Below are positions 10,656 to 19,804 of a DNA stretch of 32,000 bases, piece after piece; the first letter of the stretch is position 1; the number at the start of each line of letters is the position of its first letter. Below the pieces are notes generated by a model. The model saw nothing but the letters and a program-made list of their open reading frames with translations, was not told the DNA's origin and searched no databases. The translations under genes and the position numbers were made by a program. This DNA is from Desulfocapsa sulfexigens DSM 10523. GTDB taxonomy: Bacteria; Desulfobacterota; Desulfobulbia; Desulfobulbales; Desulfocapsaceae. The stretch is taken from NCBI RefSeq assembly GCF_000341395.1, contig NC_020304.1, positions 3,330,001-3,362,000 on the forward strand, read 5' to 3'.

Positions 10656-11243
10656 CTAGTCTATTTTAGCAAAAGATGCAAGAGCTCTCTCCAGCTCTTC
10701 CTTACCCATGCCTGTTTTTGCTGAAAAAAGAATACGTTGACTACTATGTATGGTATGTCCTGCATCTAGAATCGCGGCATTTTTCTGCCTCAGATTACCG
10801 GAAAGTTTATCCGCTTTGGTATATACCGGCAAGTAGTTGATACTGTGTTGTTTAAGCCATGAAATAAGTTGCGTATCCTGAACCTTGGCCTCATGTCGGA
10901 GATCCATAATGACAACAACACAGCAGAGGCTGGTTCGTGATTCAAGATAACTGCTGATTAAGGTTTGCCAGTTATCCTGCATTCCTCGTGACACTTTTGC
11001 AAAACCATATCCTGGGAGGTCAACGAGATAAGCCTCCTCGGAAATTTGAAAGAAATTCAACCCCTGGGTTTTACCAGGACGTCCACTGACCTTGACCATA
11101 CTTTTGCGGCCAACAAGAGTATTTATAAGAGAAGATTTACCAACGTTTGATCTGCCGGCAAACGCAATTTCCGGAAGCGTGGCCTCTGGAAGCTGAGTTA
11201 ACTTGTGAACACTCAGCAAGAATTTAATATCTATAAATTTCAT
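10656..11243 (-). CDS. engB: Ribosome biogenesis GTP-binding protein EngB/YsxC
   Basis: '[43 protein letters not shown]...[12 protein letters not shown]...[21 protein letters not shown]...[10 protein letters not shown]'. Confidence 0.95.
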   Translation of the reverse strand: MKFIDIKFLLSVHKLTQLPEATLPEIAFAGRSNVGKSSLINTLVGRKSMVKVSGRPGKTQGLNFFQISEEAYLVDLPGYGFAKVSRGMQDNWQTLISSYLESRTSLCCVVVIMDLRHEAKVQDTQLISWLKQHSINYLPVYTKADKLSGNLRQKNAAILDAGHTIHSSQRILFSAKTGMGKEELERALASFAKID

Positions 11244-12112
11244 ATTACCTTACTTAAATGGTACTCAATTATCCCTTCTGCACCACCATTGGTGAGTGCC
11301 GGGATGAGATCGCGAACCACATCAGTTGCAACTACAGTCTCCACCGAAAACCAATCTGTATTATAGAGGGTTGCAACGGTTGGAGCATTGAGGCTTGGCA
11401 ACAACTCCATGATATCATTTAATTTGTTTTCAGGTACATTCATCTTCAACCCTACAATCCGTTCGGCATTCAAAGAACCTTGCAGCATAAGAGCGATATT
11501 TTTGATCTTTTCCCGTTTCCAGGGATCGTCCCAGGCATCTTTGTTGGCTATAAACTGGGTGTTAGATTCCATCAATTCGTGAATAATACGCAAACCATGC
11601 GCCCGTATGGTTGATTCAGTTTCCGTAACTTCAACTATAGCATCAACAAGGCCGGAGACGACCTTTGCCTCGGTTGCTCCCCATGAAAATTCAATCTCAA
11701 CGTCAATGTTTCTTTCGGCAAAAAAACGCTTACTGACATTTACAAGTTCAGTTGAAATCTTCTTCCCCTGAAGATCTTCGATACAGGTAATATCTGAATC
11801 CCCTTTCACTGCAATAATCCATCGTGTAGGTTTCCTGCTCACCTTTGAATAGACGAGTTCACTGACAAACACTGCATCCGAACCATTTTCAAGAGTCCAA
11901 TCTTTTCCGGTAATTCCCGCATCAAGCATTCCTGATTCAACATAACGTGACATTTCCTGAGGACGACAAATTGAACATGCCAGTTCCGGATCATCAATCT
12001 CGGGAAAATAATTTCGTGATTTTGGTTTAATCAGCCACCCTGCTTTTTCAAATAATTCAATGGTGGCCTTTTCCAGGCTTCCTTTTGGCAATCCGAGTTT
12101 TAACTGTTTCAT
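11240..12112 (-). CDS. hisG: ATP phosphoribosyltransferase (long form with C-terminal regulatory domain)
   Basis: [26 protein letters not shown]...[27 protein letters not shown]...[35 protein letters not shown]...[20 protein letters not shown]. Start placed at 12112 rather than the track's 12148. Confidence 0.94.
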   Translation of the reverse strand: MKQLKLGLPKGSLEKATIELFEKAGWLIKPKSRNYFPEIDDPELACSICRPQEMSRYVESGMLDAGITGKDWTLENGSDAVFVSELVYSKVSRKPTRWIIAVKGDSDITCIEDLQGKKISTELVNVSKRFFAERNIDVEIEFSWGATEAKVVSGLVDAIVEVTETESTIRAHGLRIIHELMESNTQFIANKDAWDDPWKREKIKNIALMLQGSLNAERIVGLKMNVPENKLNDIMELLPSLNAPTVATLYNTDWFSVETVVATDVVRDLIPALTNGGAEGIIEYHLSKVI

Positions 12113-12159
12113 GTTGTTCTCCAAACAATATATTACAACCTGTAACAAAACAGATTTTT

Positions 12160-12549
12160 TTATTTTTTTCCGTACACAGCGGAAGGATCAAAGACTTTTT
12201 CTCCAATTATGGTCAGGGAATCGTCGGTTACCCGTCGATAAAAACAGGAACCATACCCCTTATGACAGGCTGCTCCACCCAATTGGTCAACTTTAAAGAC
12301 AACGGTATCCTGATCACAATCAACTAAAACTTCGCGAATAAGCTGGACATGCCCGGAAGTTTCCCCTTTCAACCATAACATGTGTCTCGACCTGCTCCAG
12401 AAATGTGCTTTACCCGTCTGCAGGGTCTTTTCCCATGATTCCTGATTAATATAAGCAAGCATCAAAACATCTCCACTTAAATAATCCTGCACAATAGCCG
12501 GCAATAACCCATCCTTACTTTTTGCAAAATCAAGTTGTATCATAATCAC
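12160..12549 (-). CDS. hisI: Phosphoribosyl-AMP cyclohydrolase
   Basis: '[80 protein letters not shown]'. GTG 12549 or ATG 12543 start. Confidence 0.95.
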   Translation of the reverse strand: MIMIQLDFAKSKDGLLPAIVQDYLSGDVLMLAYINQESWEKTLQTGKAHFWSRSRHMLWLKGETSGHVQLIREVLVDCDQDTVVFKVDQLGGAACHKGYGSCFYRRVTDDSLTIIGEKVFDPSAVYGKK

Positions 12550-12716
12550 TTCACCTGAGCATTTTTCTTAGCTTCACGGGTCTGTTCACGTTTTCGTTCT
12601 TTTTCCATGAAGCAAATCATACACGAAGTTCTAGTCTGACAATAGTCATTGGGATGACGACATTCAGCACTCTCTGAATCCATGGATTCTTTGAATTTTT
12701 CACAGATCAGTTTCAC
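12546..12716 (-). CDS. Small Cys-rich protein upstream of and overlapping hisI (not in supplied ORF track)
   Basis: Manual translation: [56 protein letters not shown]; 56 aa, GTG start, overlaps the hisI GTG start by 4 nt. Confidence 0.45.
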   Translation of the reverse strand: MKLICEKFKESMDSESAECRHPNDYCQTRTSCMICFMEKERKREQTREAKKNAQVK

Positions 12717-13035
12717 ATCTCACTCCATAATAACATATACCCTGATGTCACCCGTGCGGATTTCATTTAAATAGTTCAAAACTTGAGCAATGTATGACCG
12801 TATCTGTAATTTGTCAAGAAACAGCTTAAATGGGACGATATAAATGTTTCCGCTAAAATCAGGAAAAAGTAAGACCTCCAGATTAAACAAATGCCTCGAA
12901 ATCTTCCACTGGTTTCCCTACAAAGCATTGCCAAAGACATAATGATCGTTTAGATTATTGCACTCTTGAATCCGTAAAATCGAAGACACAACATATCATC
13001 TATAGTTATTTTTATTTTGGAGCAAAAGTTATTAT

Positions 13036-13485
13036 ATGAAACAAGTACAAAAAAATGATTCCGTCACCGTCACACTTGTTGGTACCTTAGACAATGGAAC
13101 CGTCTTTGAGAGCGTAGAAAAAAGTGCCCCACTTGTTTTAACACTTGGTGTTGAAGGTGTTCCCAAGCCAATACAGAGAACTCTTGTCGGAATGCAGGTA
13201 GGCGAAATGCGAAGAGTTCGACTTGATGCTGAGGAAGGCGAGTTTGGCATACGCCGTAGCGATCTTTTACAGGAAATTCCTAAAAATCAATTTTCCAAAA
13301 CAATCGAACCAAAGGTGGGACTCGTGCTTTCCATGAATGTTGATAGTGGTGGTGTGACTCATCAGGTTCCTGCAACCATTGTTGAATTGAAAGAAAACAG
13401 CATAATGATTGACTACAACCACCCCCTTGCAGGACATCCTCTGAATTATGAAATTACCGTTATTGAGATAAACGGTGAGTCGTAA
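13036..13485 (+). CDS. FKBP-type peptidyl-prolyl cis-trans isomerase, SlyD-like
   Basis: 'VTVTLVGTLDNGTVFESVEKSAPLVLTLG...VPKPIQRTLVGMQVGEMRRVRLDAEEGEFGIRRSDLLQEIPKNQF...VDYNHPLAGHPLNYEITVIEI'-type signature (here 'MIDYNHPLAGHPLNYEITVIEI'). Confidence 0.9.
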   Translation: MKQVQKNDSVTVTLVGTLDNGTVFESVEKSAPLVLTLGVEGVPKPIQRTLVGMQVGEMRRVRLDAEEGEFGIRRSDLLQEIPKNQFSKTIEPKVGLVLSMNVDSGGVTHQVPATIVELKENSIMIDYNHPLAGHPLNYEITVIEINGES

Positions 13486-13767
13486 TTGATATTTTTTTTA
13501 AGTATTCCTTTCTATCATCTCGGCCAATCCCACTCTCATTCACCGCTATTTTTTTTAGCATCAAGTCGATGAACGAGAGTGGCATGCATCTTTATGTTAA
13601 TTTTCATCACTGTCTTTCATTTTTTTTTGAAAATTCCCTGTACATTCGATAAGTGCAACGTATAGAATAAAAAGCAATAATTGATTTGAATTTTAACTTA
13701 CACAAGCGATTGAGGTTTTTATTTTTCCTCAACGACTTCCCTACTTTCTTTTTGGAAGGAGCAGGTT

Positions 13768-16647
13768 ATGCAAATAGAAGATGATGAAATACTCCAGGGT
13801 TTTATAGAAGAATCACTTGAACATCTCGCCGATATTGAAAATGATCTCCTGGCAATTGAAGAAAATGGAGTAGATATTGACGAGGATCTCGTTAACAAGG
13901 TTTTCCGGGCAGCGCATTCCATAAAAGGTGGAGCTGGCTTTATGGGACTGACTGTCATCCAGGATTTATCCCATGTTATGGAAAATGTCCTTGGACTTAT
14001 TCGTAGTAGAAAACTCACCCCAACCCCAGAGATCATTAATGTTCTTCTCCAGGCATCTGACAAACTCAACACTATGATAGAGGATGTCAGTAATTCCAAC
14101 GAGTACGACATTGAAGAGCATCTCACTCCACTCAATGCCATTTATAATGGTGATTTCACGCAGGAAACTCCAGAAGAGCCCTCTACACCTGCTCAGGAAA
14201 CACCCCCTGAACCCGAGCCTCCAGTTCAGGCAGCTCAACCAGAACCACAATCTGAACCTGAGCCCGAGCCAGATCCTGAACCTGAGCCTGAGCCTGTTCC
14301 TGAAGTCAGTGTCGCAGCACCAAGCCCGGAACCAGCCCCAACCCCAAAAGCTACTGTAACTGCTCCACAGCCTCCTGAAACAAAGGCGGCACCACCCAAA
14401 AAAGCAGCTTCCAAGGTGAAAGTTGACACAAGCATCAGAGTTCATGTAAGTCTCCTCGATTCCTTAATGACTCTTGCAGGAGAGCTGGTACTCAGCAGAA
14501 ATCAGCTTCTTCAGACCATCTCTTCCGGAGACTCACAAAGTGCTGAAAGCGTTGGCCAACGAATCGATCTCATCACCTCCGAATTGCAGGAGGCTATCAT
14601 GCTCACGCGAATGCAACCCATCGGGAATGTTTTTGGTAAGTTCCCACGCGTTGTTCGGGACCTTTCAAGTAAACTCAAGAAACAGATTGATCTCACCATT
14701 GTTGGTAAAGATGTAGAACTTGATAAAACAATCATTGAATCTATAAATGACCCACTTACTCATCTTATTCGTAACTCTGTTGATCATGGTATCGAACTCC
14801 CTGAAGACCGTACCAAAGTAGGCAAAAAGGCAACGGGACTCGTAGTCCTGAAAGCGTATCATGCCGCCGGACAGGTTGTTATTGAAATCAGTGATGATGG
14901 TAAGGGTCTAGATGGTGAAGTTCTTGCTGAAACTGCAATACACAAAGGATTGATCACCCCCGAACAGGCCCAACTGATGTCGGACAAGGAAAAGGTCAAC
15001 CTTATCCTTCTGCCTGGTTTCTCCACTGCCAAGGAAGTCACCGATGTTTCCGGTCGTGGCGTTGGAATGGATGTGGTTAAAACCAATCTGGACCAGTTAG
15101 GTGGCCAAGTTGACATCGTTTCTGAAGTGGGTCAGGGAACAACAATTTTCATTAAACTTCCACTGACACTCGCCATTATACCATGCCAGATCATTGTGAC
15201 CGGTGGAGAACGGTATGCCATTCCACAAGTAAACCTTGAGGAACTTCTTCGAATCCCTGCAACACAGGTGAAGGATCGCATTGAACGTGTGGGCAACGCA
15301 GAGGTTGTTCGACTTCGTGGCAACCTTCTGCCTCTTATCAGATTGTCAGATGTTCTCGGCATAAACAGAACATATTTCGATCTGCAGGAAGAAGAGTTCA
15401 AACTGGATCGCAGAGAAAGAATCTCTGACCGTAGGGGGAGGGAGACCCCGCTTGACTCTGCTGAGAAAAATGTTCGCCCGGCAAAAGAAGACAGCTCTGA
15501 AGCTGGAGAACGATCCGTCTCCGATAGACGCTATACCGCTTCCAGTGCCCTTAATATCGTTGTTGTATCAAACGGTACTATGAAATATGGACTTATAGTA
15601 GACAAACTCCAGGATTCAGAAGAAATAGTCATCAAACCACTTGGAAAGCACCTCCAGGGATGCAAGGGGTATGCTGGTGCAACCATTATGGGTGATGGGC
15701 GTATCGCGCTTATCCTCGATGTTGCAAACCTTGCGATTATGGCTGAACTCACGTCAATAGATGGTTCCGACAGGGCAAATGAAGTTGCTCAGGCCGCTGC
15801 GGATCTTGTCAGAGCACAGAAAGACAAGCAGGCCCTCCTGACTTTTAGAAGTTCTGAGCGAGAGCAATTCGCAGTACCACTCAATCAGGTTGAACGAATC
15901 GAGAAAATCAAACGTTCAGACATTGAAGAACTCGGTGGTAAACGTGTCATGCAGTATCGTGGAGGAAGCCTTTCACTAATTGCCGTTGATGATGTTGCCA
16001 TGGTTCAACCCATTGCCGACTGTGACGATCTTCTTGTAATAGTCTTTAATATTGCAAATCAACTCGTCGGACTCCTTGCAATAGGGCCAATAGATGCCAT
16101 TGAAATATCCGTATCCGTTGACGATGTCACCCTCAAGCAACCAGGAGTTATGGGATCCACCATTATCGATCGCCAGACAACTATGCTCATCGATATCTTT
16201 GAAATTGTTGGCGCCCTGTTCCCCGAATGGTTTGAAAATCAGGAAGTTTTTGAAGCTCCTGAAGAGGGAACCGTTCCAACCATCCTTATCGCTGAAGATT
16301 CAAATTTTTTCAGAAACCAGGTCAAGAACTATATGACCGAATCTGGATATGATGTTCTTGAAGGTGAGGATGGGGCCATTGCCTGGGAATTACTGCAGGA
16401 ACATGGCGACGAGGTAACCATCGTCGTCACGGACATTGAAATGCCAAATATGAATGGCTTTGAACTCACTGAGACGATACGCAAAGACTCCCGCTTTTCA
16501 AAAATACCCATTATAGCTCTCACCACACTTGCTGGGGAAGAAGATGTAGCAAAGGGAAAAGCCGTTGGGGTTGACGAATATCATATTAAACTTGATAAAG
16601 AGAAACTGATGGCGTCTGTTCATCACTATGTAAAACAACATCATTAA
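13768..16647 (+). CDS. cheA: Hybrid chemotaxis histidine kinase CheA (Hpt - P/E linker - dimerization/HATPase - CheW-like domains - REC)
   Basis: Hpt motif 'FRAAHSIKGGAGFMG'; 'LDSLMTLAGELVLSRNQL'; 'DPLTHLIRNSVDHGIE'; 'GRGVGMDVVKTNLDQLGG'; C-terminal REC 'ILIAEDSNFFRNQVKNYMTESGYDVLEGEDG...VVTDIEMPNMNGFEL'. Confidence 0.94.
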   Translation: MQIEDDEILQGFIEESLEHLADIENDLLAIEENGVDIDEDLVNKVFRAAHSIKGGAGFMGLTVIQDLSHVMENVLGLIRSRKLTPTPEIINVLLQASDKLNTMIEDVSNSNEYDIEEHLTPLNAIYNGDFTQETPEEPSTPAQETPPEPEPPVQAAQPEPQSEPEPEPDPEPEPEPVPEVSVAAPSPEPAPTPKATVTAPQPPETKAAPPKKAASKVKVDTSIRVHVSLLDSLMTLAGELVLSRNQLLQTISSGDSQSAESVGQRIDLITSELQEAIMLTRMQPIGNVFGKFPRVVRDLSSKLKKQIDLTIVGKDVELDKTIIESINDPLTHLIRNSVDHGIELPEDRTKVGKKATGLVVLKAYHAAGQVVIEISDDGKGLDGEVLAETAIHKGLITPEQAQLMSDKEKVNLILLPGFSTAKEVTDVSGRGVGMDVVKTNLDQLGGQVDIVSEVGQGTTIFIKLPLTLAIIPCQIIVTGGERYAIPQVNLEELLRIPATQVKDRIERVGNAEVVRLRGNLLPLIRLSDVLGINRTYFDLQEEEFKLDRRERISDRRGRETPLDSAEKNVRPAKEDSSEAGERSVSDRRYTASSALNIVVVSNGTMKYGLIVDKLQDSEEIVIKPLGKHLQGCKGYAGATIMGDGRIALILDVANLAIMAELTSIDGSDRANEVAQAAADLVRAQKDKQALLTFRSSEREQFAVPLNQVERIEKIKRSDIEELGGKRVMQYRGGSLSLIAVDDVAMVQPIADCDDLLVIVFNIANQLVGLLAIGPIDAIEISVSVDDVTLKQPGVMGSTIIDRQTTMLIDIFEIVGALFPEWFENQEVFEAPEEGTVPTILIAEDSNFFRNQVKNYMTESGYDVLEGEDGAIAWELLQEHGDEVTIVVTDIEMPNMNGFELTETIRKDSRFSKIPIIALTTLAGEEDVAKGKAVGVDEYHIKLDKEKLMASVHHYVKQHH

Positions 16648-16686
16648 AATACTATTTTTATACTTTTCTCATTAGGAGAATGATAC

Positions 16687-17148
16687 ATGGCTAAAGAACA
16701 ACCTGCTGTCAATAAAAAACTTGTTGAACTTGCAACTTTCCTTGTCGGTGATGCACTCTGCGGAATGGATATTCTTAAAATCCAAGAAATCAACAAACTG
16801 ATTGACATGACCACCGTACCCCAGGCACCAAACTATGTTCTTGGAATATTAAATCTCCGAGGTCAAATTATTACCAGTATTGATCTCAGCAAAAAACTCG
16901 GACTTGGAGTTACCAATCTTTCCGATGATCCCAGAAATATCATCGTTAACTCAAAAGGTGAGCATATCGGACTGCTTGTAAAAAAGATAAGCGACGTTGT
17001 TCAGGCCGACACAGATAAGTTTGAACCACCGCCCGCTAACATGGGAGGTATTCAGGGAGATTATTTCACCGGGGTTTACAAAACTGTGGACAAATTGATT
17101 GGCATTCTCGATGTGGAGAAGGTTTTGCGGCTTGATGAGAGAAAATAA
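16687..17148 (+). CDS. cheW: Chemotaxis coupling protein CheW
   Basis: 'VELATFLVGDALCGMDILKIQEINKLIDMTTVPQAPNYVLGILNLRGQIITSIDLSKKLGL'. Confidence 0.94.
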   Translation: MAKEQPAVNKKLVELATFLVGDALCGMDILKIQEINKLIDMTTVPQAPNYVLGILNLRGQIITSIDLSKKLGLGVTNLSDDPRNIIVNSKGEHIGLLVKKISDVVQADTDKFEPPPANMGGIQGDYFTGVYKTVDKLIGILDVEKVLRLDERK

Positions 17149-18299
17149 TGCTGATAGGTAAGAAGTTACGAGTTTTAGTTGTTGATGATACCATCGTTTA
17201 CCGAAAAGCAGTTTCTGATGTTCTTGCTGAAATCCCAGGTGTTGAAGTCGTAGGCGTTGCCCATAATGGTAAAATTGCCATGTCCAAGGTTGCAACTCTG
17301 AAGCCCGATTTACTCACACTTGATATTGAGATGCCAGAAATGAATGGCATTGAAGTTTTGAGTGCACTGCAAAGCAACTATCCAAGCATTGGTGCTGTAA
17401 TGGTCTCCACCCTGACTTCAGACGGTGGTGTGATGACTATGAAAGCGCTTGAACTTGGAGCTTTTGATTTTATCCTTAAACCAACTGCCAAGAATCCTGC
17501 CGAAAGCAAAAAACAGCTGAAAGACGCACTCACACCAATTATCAACGAATTTAAGAAATCCAAAAACGCACCTTCCCTTTTACGCAATAAGGGACAATTC
17601 ACCAAAACTCCTGGTACCGTTCTCAGAAAACCACTCAAACCCCTTTCAGCAGCACGCCCTGGCCTCAAATCCGCCGACAACAAACCCGACGTCCCTAAAG
17701 GCAAACTTGCTGTAAGAAGAGGTAAATCAGAAATTATTGCCATTGGAATATCAACTGGTGGCCCTAATGCATTGACTCAGATGCTTCCGATGTTACCTGG
17801 GAATCTTGGCGTTCCCATTGTTATTGTCCAGCATATGCCACCAGTATTTACCAAATCCCTTGCCTCAAGCCTGAATGCAAAATGTGCCCTTCTGGTTAAA
17901 GAGGCTGAAGATCGTGAAGATCTTCAAATCAACACCGTTTATATTGCACCTGGCGGAAAACAGATGAAACTGATTGCCAGTGCCGACGGAATGAACAGAC
18001 AAATAAAAATAACCAACGACCCACCCGAAAACTCTTGCAGGCCATCGGCCGATTACCTTTTTAGATCTGTTGGCGATTATTATGTTGGACGAACAACTGC
18101 TGTTATCATGACAGGTATGGGTTCGGACGGTTCCAAAGGGCTGGAGATCTTAAGTCAGAAAGGTGCCACCATAATAGCTCAGAACGAAGACACCTGTGTA
18201 GTTTTTGGGATGCCAAAAAAACCTATCGAATCTGGAATAGCAGACAGAATTGTCCCCTTGAACAAAATTGCAGACGAAATTGTAAAAAGCGTTCGTTAA
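17148..18299 (+). CDS. cheB: Chemotaxis protein-glutamate methylesterase CheB
   Basis: REC 'VLVVDDTIVYRKAVSDVL...LLTLDIEMPEMNGIEVL' plus methylesterase domain 'IAIGISTGGPNALTQMLPMLP...IVIVQHMPPVFTKSLASSLN...VYIAPGGKQMKL...MTGMGSDGSKGL'. Start overlaps the cheW stop (TAATG). Confidence 0.95.
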   Translation: MLIGKKLRVLVVDDTIVYRKAVSDVLAEIPGVEVVGVAHNGKIAMSKVATLKPDLLTLDIEMPEMNGIEVLSALQSNYPSIGAVMVSTLTSDGGVMTMKALELGAFDFILKPTAKNPAESKKQLKDALTPIINEFKKSKNAPSLLRNKGQFTKTPGTVLRKPLKPLSAARPGLKSADNKPDVPKGKLAVRRGKSEIIAIGISTGGPNALTQMLPMLPGNLGVPIVIVQHMPPVFTKSLASSLNAKCALLVKEAEDREDLQINTVYIAPGGKQMKLIASADGMNRQIKITNDPPENSCRPSADYLFRSVGDYYVGRTTAVIMTGMGSDGSKGLEILSQKGATIIAQNEDTCVVFGMPKKPIESGIADRIVPLNKIADEIVKSVR

Positions 18300-18333
18300 T
18301 TCTACATTAAAAAATGGCTTTCACTACTAGACA

Positions 18334-19176
18334 ATGCTGAAGATTACGCCTGCAGAGCTTAAGATAATATCTCAATATATCCATGAAATATCGGGTATAT
18401 ATCTTGATCAGAGCAAGTCGTATCTCTTTGAGACAAGGCTTTCCTCCATTGCGGAGGAACTTGGCTGTACATCTTACCAGGAGCTCCACACCAAAGCAAA
18501 AAGAGATCCTGCCAAGGTTATTGAGCGTCAGATTATTGATGCCATATCCACTAATGAAACCCTGTTTTTCAGAGATACTGGCCCATTTGAACTTCTCAAA
18601 CATAAAATATTACCAGAGGTCATTGATCTCCGAGCTCCCAGTTCTCCAAGATTAAAAACTAATATTAAAATATGGAGTGCCGCCTCATCCACTGGTCAGG
18701 AACTTTATTCAGTGGCTATGACTATCAAAGATCTTCTCGGCAACCAGATGAACAATTTCAACCTCAAACTTCTTGGCACAGACATTTCAGATAGTGCTGT
18801 CAAACAGGCAAGCTATGGCAAGTACAACAAATTTGAAATTGAACGTGGTCTTCCACGCCAAACACTTCAAAAACATTTCACCTTATTTGGGGATAGCTGG
18901 AAGATCAAAGATGAACTGCGTGCTATGGTTAATTTCCGGAAATTAAATCTTATGCTCCCCTTTGCAGGTCTTGGTAAATTCGACATTATCCTTTGCCGGA
19001 ATGTTGCCATCTATTTTACTCTTGCCGATCGAAAAAAACTCTTCAACAAATTGGCTGACAGTCTTGCTGATGATGGCTATCTGATAATAGGTTCAACCGA
19101 ATCGCTCACTGGTATCTGTCCTCGCTTTGTACCCAAAAGACATTTGCGGGCTATTTTTTACCAGAAAAAAAATTGA
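18334..19176 (+). CDS. cheR: Chemotaxis protein methyltransferase CheR
   Basis: 'SGIYLDQSKSYLFETRLSSIAEELG...ISTNETLFFRDTGPFELLKHKILPEV...IKIWSAASSTGQELYSVAM...DIILCRNVAIYF...GYLIIGSTESL'. Confidence 0.94.
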   Translation: MLKITPAELKIISQYIHEISGIYLDQSKSYLFETRLSSIAEELGCTSYQELHTKAKRDPAKVIERQIIDAISTNETLFFRDTGPFELLKHKILPEVIDLRAPSSPRLKTNIKIWSAASSTGQELYSVAMTIKDLLGNQMNNFNLKLLGTDISDSAVKQASYGKYNKFEIERGLPRQTLQKHFTLFGDSWKIKDELRAMVNFRKLNLMLPFAGLGKFDIILCRNVAIYFTLADRKKLFNKLADSLADDGYLIIGSTESLTGICPRFVPKRHLRAIFYQKKN

Positions 19177-19182
19177 GGTACT

Positions 19183-19758
19183 GTGATGAACAACCTGACC
19201 ATACTTGTTGTTGACGACGATCCTGTCATTCGAAAACTTCTTGAACAGCGTTTAATCAAAGAGAACTATGAGGTTCTCCTGGCTGAAGATGGGTATGTAG
19301 GAAACGAAATTCTTTCAAACACTCACGTTGATGTGGTACTTACTGATTTGATGATGCCAGGAGATATTGGTGGGATAGAAGTTCTTGAGTTTGCAAAGGG
19401 ACTTGAACGAAATATCGAAGTAATTCTGATAACAGCACACTCATCAGTCGATACCGCTGTTGAAGCTATGAAAAAAGGAGCTTCCGACTATCTTGAAAAA
19501 CCGATCAATTTTACAGAACTTTTTTTAAGACTTGAAAAAATTTCGACCATGCGCAGTCTTCTACGTAGTGCCGAAGACTTGCGCCAGGCAATGGATGTAA
19601 CCGAGACTACTGCCTCAGAAACCATTCAAAACCTGGAAGTGCTGGCTGACGTTCTCCAGAACAAGATTGATTTAATAGACACAATTTTAACAAATGATGG
19701 ATTATCAGCAGATGACAAAGTTTCAGATGCACTGGATGTCCTTCAGGAAATCAATTAA
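19183..19758 (+). CDS. Response regulator: REC domain plus C-terminal helical extension, no recognisable DNA-binding output
   Basis: 'LTILVVDDDPVIRKLLEQRLIKENYEVLLAEDG...VVLTDLMMPGDIGGIEVL...VILITAHSSVDTAVEAMKKGASDYLEKPINFTEL'. Confidence 0.9.
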   Translation: MMNNLTILVVDDDPVIRKLLEQRLIKENYEVLLAEDGYVGNEILSNTHVDVVLTDLMMPGDIGGIEVLEFAKGLERNIEVILITAHSSVDTAVEAMKKGASDYLEKPINFTELFLRLEKISTMRSLLRSAEDLRQAMDVTETTASETIQNLEVLADVLQNKIDLIDTILTNDGLSADDKVSDALDVLQEIN

Positions 19759-19804
19759 GTTTTCCATGCAATAAAGCCCTGCAGCAACAGGTTCCTCTTT
19801 CCCG

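Noticed and set aside
13966-14445. 159-aa minus-strand ORF rich in Arg/Leu/Trp repeats
   Set aside because: Antisense shadow of the Pro/Glu repeat linker inside cheA; composition is a by-product of the cctgag repeat.
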